From assembly GCA_963827515.1 (NCBI GenBank), contig CAWHBF010000010.1:5295-69294 (forward strand): 64,000 nucleotides of DNA. The letters run 5' to 3'. Source of the stretch: an uncultured Acidobacteriota bacterium. Its GTDB lineage: Bacteria; Acidobacteriota; Vicinamibacteria; Vicinamibacterales; UBA2999. Below are positions 62,787-64,000 of this stretch, one piece after another. A program made the translations under genes and the position numbers. Every line of letters begins with the position of its first letter. Position 1 is the first letter of the stretch. Below the pieces are notes generated by a model that had not been told where the DNA came from, ran no database searches, and worked only from the letters and a program-made list of their open reading frames with translations.

Positions 62787-64000
62787 CTAATCCGAGCTCA
62801 CTGGTCTGGCGGGCGTGGCCGACCCGGCTCTCGCGATGCTTCGCATCAACGTCTGAGGATCGAAAGGCTTCGTAAAATGTTCGGAGAAGCCAGCGTTCAG
62901 GGCTTGGGCTGGATCGCCCGGCAATGCGTAGGCAGTCAGCGCGATCGCCGGAATGCCACCGCCACGGGCAAGGGGGAGCAACCGGAGCTGCTTGAGAAAG
63001 GAATAACCATCATCCGTGGCCATGCCGATGTCCGCAACGATGACCTCCGGGAGCCGTTCACATTCACGTAATCTGTTCAATGCGTCCTGGCTCGACATGG
63101 TGGCAATCACATCGCCGCCAGCAGCGATAATCGTTCGCTCGAGAATCTCTCGCGAATCGTTGTCATCCTCAACGATCAACACGCACATCCCAGTCAGATC
63201 GTTCGCGCCCGCTGGTTCACGAAATGAGGTGTTGGAGAGCTTCCCCGCCGCTCGCATTGGCAGGGACACCGTGAAGGTGGCACCTTGACCCAGGCCTGGA
63301 CTCTCCGCGCACACGGTACCGCCGTGCAAGCCTACCAACTCCTTGACCAAAGCCAGACCCAGGCCTAATCCGCCGTGCCTTCGTGAGCTCGAGCCCTGGC
63401 CTTGCTTGAATCGCTCGAAAACATGGGGCAAGAACTCTGGGGCGATACCGGACCCGGTATCCCTCACCACCAATCGAACGTTCGGGCCATCGGTAGTCCA
63501 CGCGGTTGTCACCGAACCACCAGCCTCCGTGAACTTCACGGCGTTGGAGAGCAAGTTCCAGATGATCTGCTGGAGACGGTCGGCATCCCCCAAGATGGGC
63601 ACAATGTCGGGGACGAAGTGGGAAATCAGCTTGACGTTCTTGGCATTGGCCCCTGGCCGAACGACGTCAAGCGCGGCGAGCGTCACGGAAGCCAGGTCAA
63701 CGGCAGCGATGTCCAGCCGGACCTTACCGGCAGCGATGCGTGCCATGTCCAACATGTCCGTGATCAGCGTCAACTGCGCCAGGGCATTCCGCTCAATCAC
63801 ATCAACCGCACGTTTCACGGTGGCCGCATCAACGTCGTCCCGCACACGAAGAATCCGGGTCCATCCCAGCACGGCATTCAATGGCGTCCGAATTTCATGT
63901 GAAAGGGTCGCCAAGAACTCATCCTTGAAGCGGGACGCCGCCTCAGCGTCCAGCCGTGCGGCGTCGGCGGTCGCAATCTGGGCCCGCAGTTCGCGTTCGC
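62787..64000 (-). CDS. Hybrid sensor histidine kinase (HisKA, HATPase_c, REC); the N-terminus lies beyond the right window edge
   Basis: The frame stays open to position 64000 (..RELRAQIATADAARLDAEAASRFKDEFLATLSHEIRTPLNAVLGW). LLSNAVKFTE, DTGSGI, GGLGLGLALV. Receiver VLIVEDDNDSREIL..VIVADIGMATDDGY..KP. Confidence 0.9.
   Translation of the reverse strand, partial: ERELRAQIATADAARLDAEAASRFKDEFLATLSHEIRTPLNAVLGWTRILRVRDDVDAATVKRAVDVIERNALAQLTLITDMLDMARIAAGKVRLDIAAVDLASVTLAALDVVRPGANAKNVKLISHFVPDIVPILGDADRLQQIIWNLLSNAVKFTEAGGSVTTAWTTDGPNVRLVVRDTGSGIAPEFLPHVFERFKQGQGSSSRRHGGLGLGLALVKELVGLHGGTVCAESPGLGQGATFTVSLPMRAAGKLSNTSFREPAGANDLTGMCVLIVEDDNDSREILERTIIAAGGDVIATMSSQDALNRLRECERLPEVIVADIGMATDDGYSFLKQLRLLPLARGGGIPAIALTAYALPGDPAQALNAGFSEHFTKPFDPQTLMRSIARAGSATPARPVSSD

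Overview
Visibly GC-rich bacterial chromosomal DNA (GC not computed) with about 55 genes and little non-coding space. The gene content suggests an Acidobacteriota-like soil organism (inference): a TIGR03436-type acidobacterial VWFA protein, tamA-tamB, a 2860-aa cyclic beta-1,2-glucan synthase, many exported lipoproteins and dense two-component signalling. Left to right: a partial hcp (T6SS tube), DUF6152/membrane/lipoprotein genes, fumC and a multi-PAS hybrid kinase. Next come a general-stress cluster (CBS, DUF892, CsbD-like, response regulator) and a translationally coupled five-gene operon at 14279-18366. That operon (two Tmk-like P-loop kinases, an exported protein-kinase-fold protein, DUF4956, PLD/HKD) is my best candidate for an undescribed system. 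It is followed by an Omp85/metallophosphoesterase operon, SYLF, BON, VWFA, tamAB, a DksA/TraR-like gene, the glucan synthase and YtxH. Then come a roughly 2100-aa poly-HAMP hybrid kinase with eleven exactly phased 276-bp units, a REC-HK-REC hybrid and an EF-hand protein. Two M48 protease paralogs bracket an NtrB/NtrC-like pair whose divergent neighbour carries a near-consensus sigma54 promoter. The window ends with more stress genes, a DAACS symporter, tRNA-Leu(CAG) and a partial hybrid kinase. I saw no transposase, integrase, phage gene or CRISPR array. Twelve otherwise well-conserved genes are broken by thirteen single-base frame changes. Twelve of the thirteen are +1, and nine checked by hand are repaired by removing one base from a 2-3 nt homopolymer, so I treat them as probable sequencing artefacts rather than gene decay. 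A roughly 100-bp palindromic repeat occurs three times directly after stop codons.
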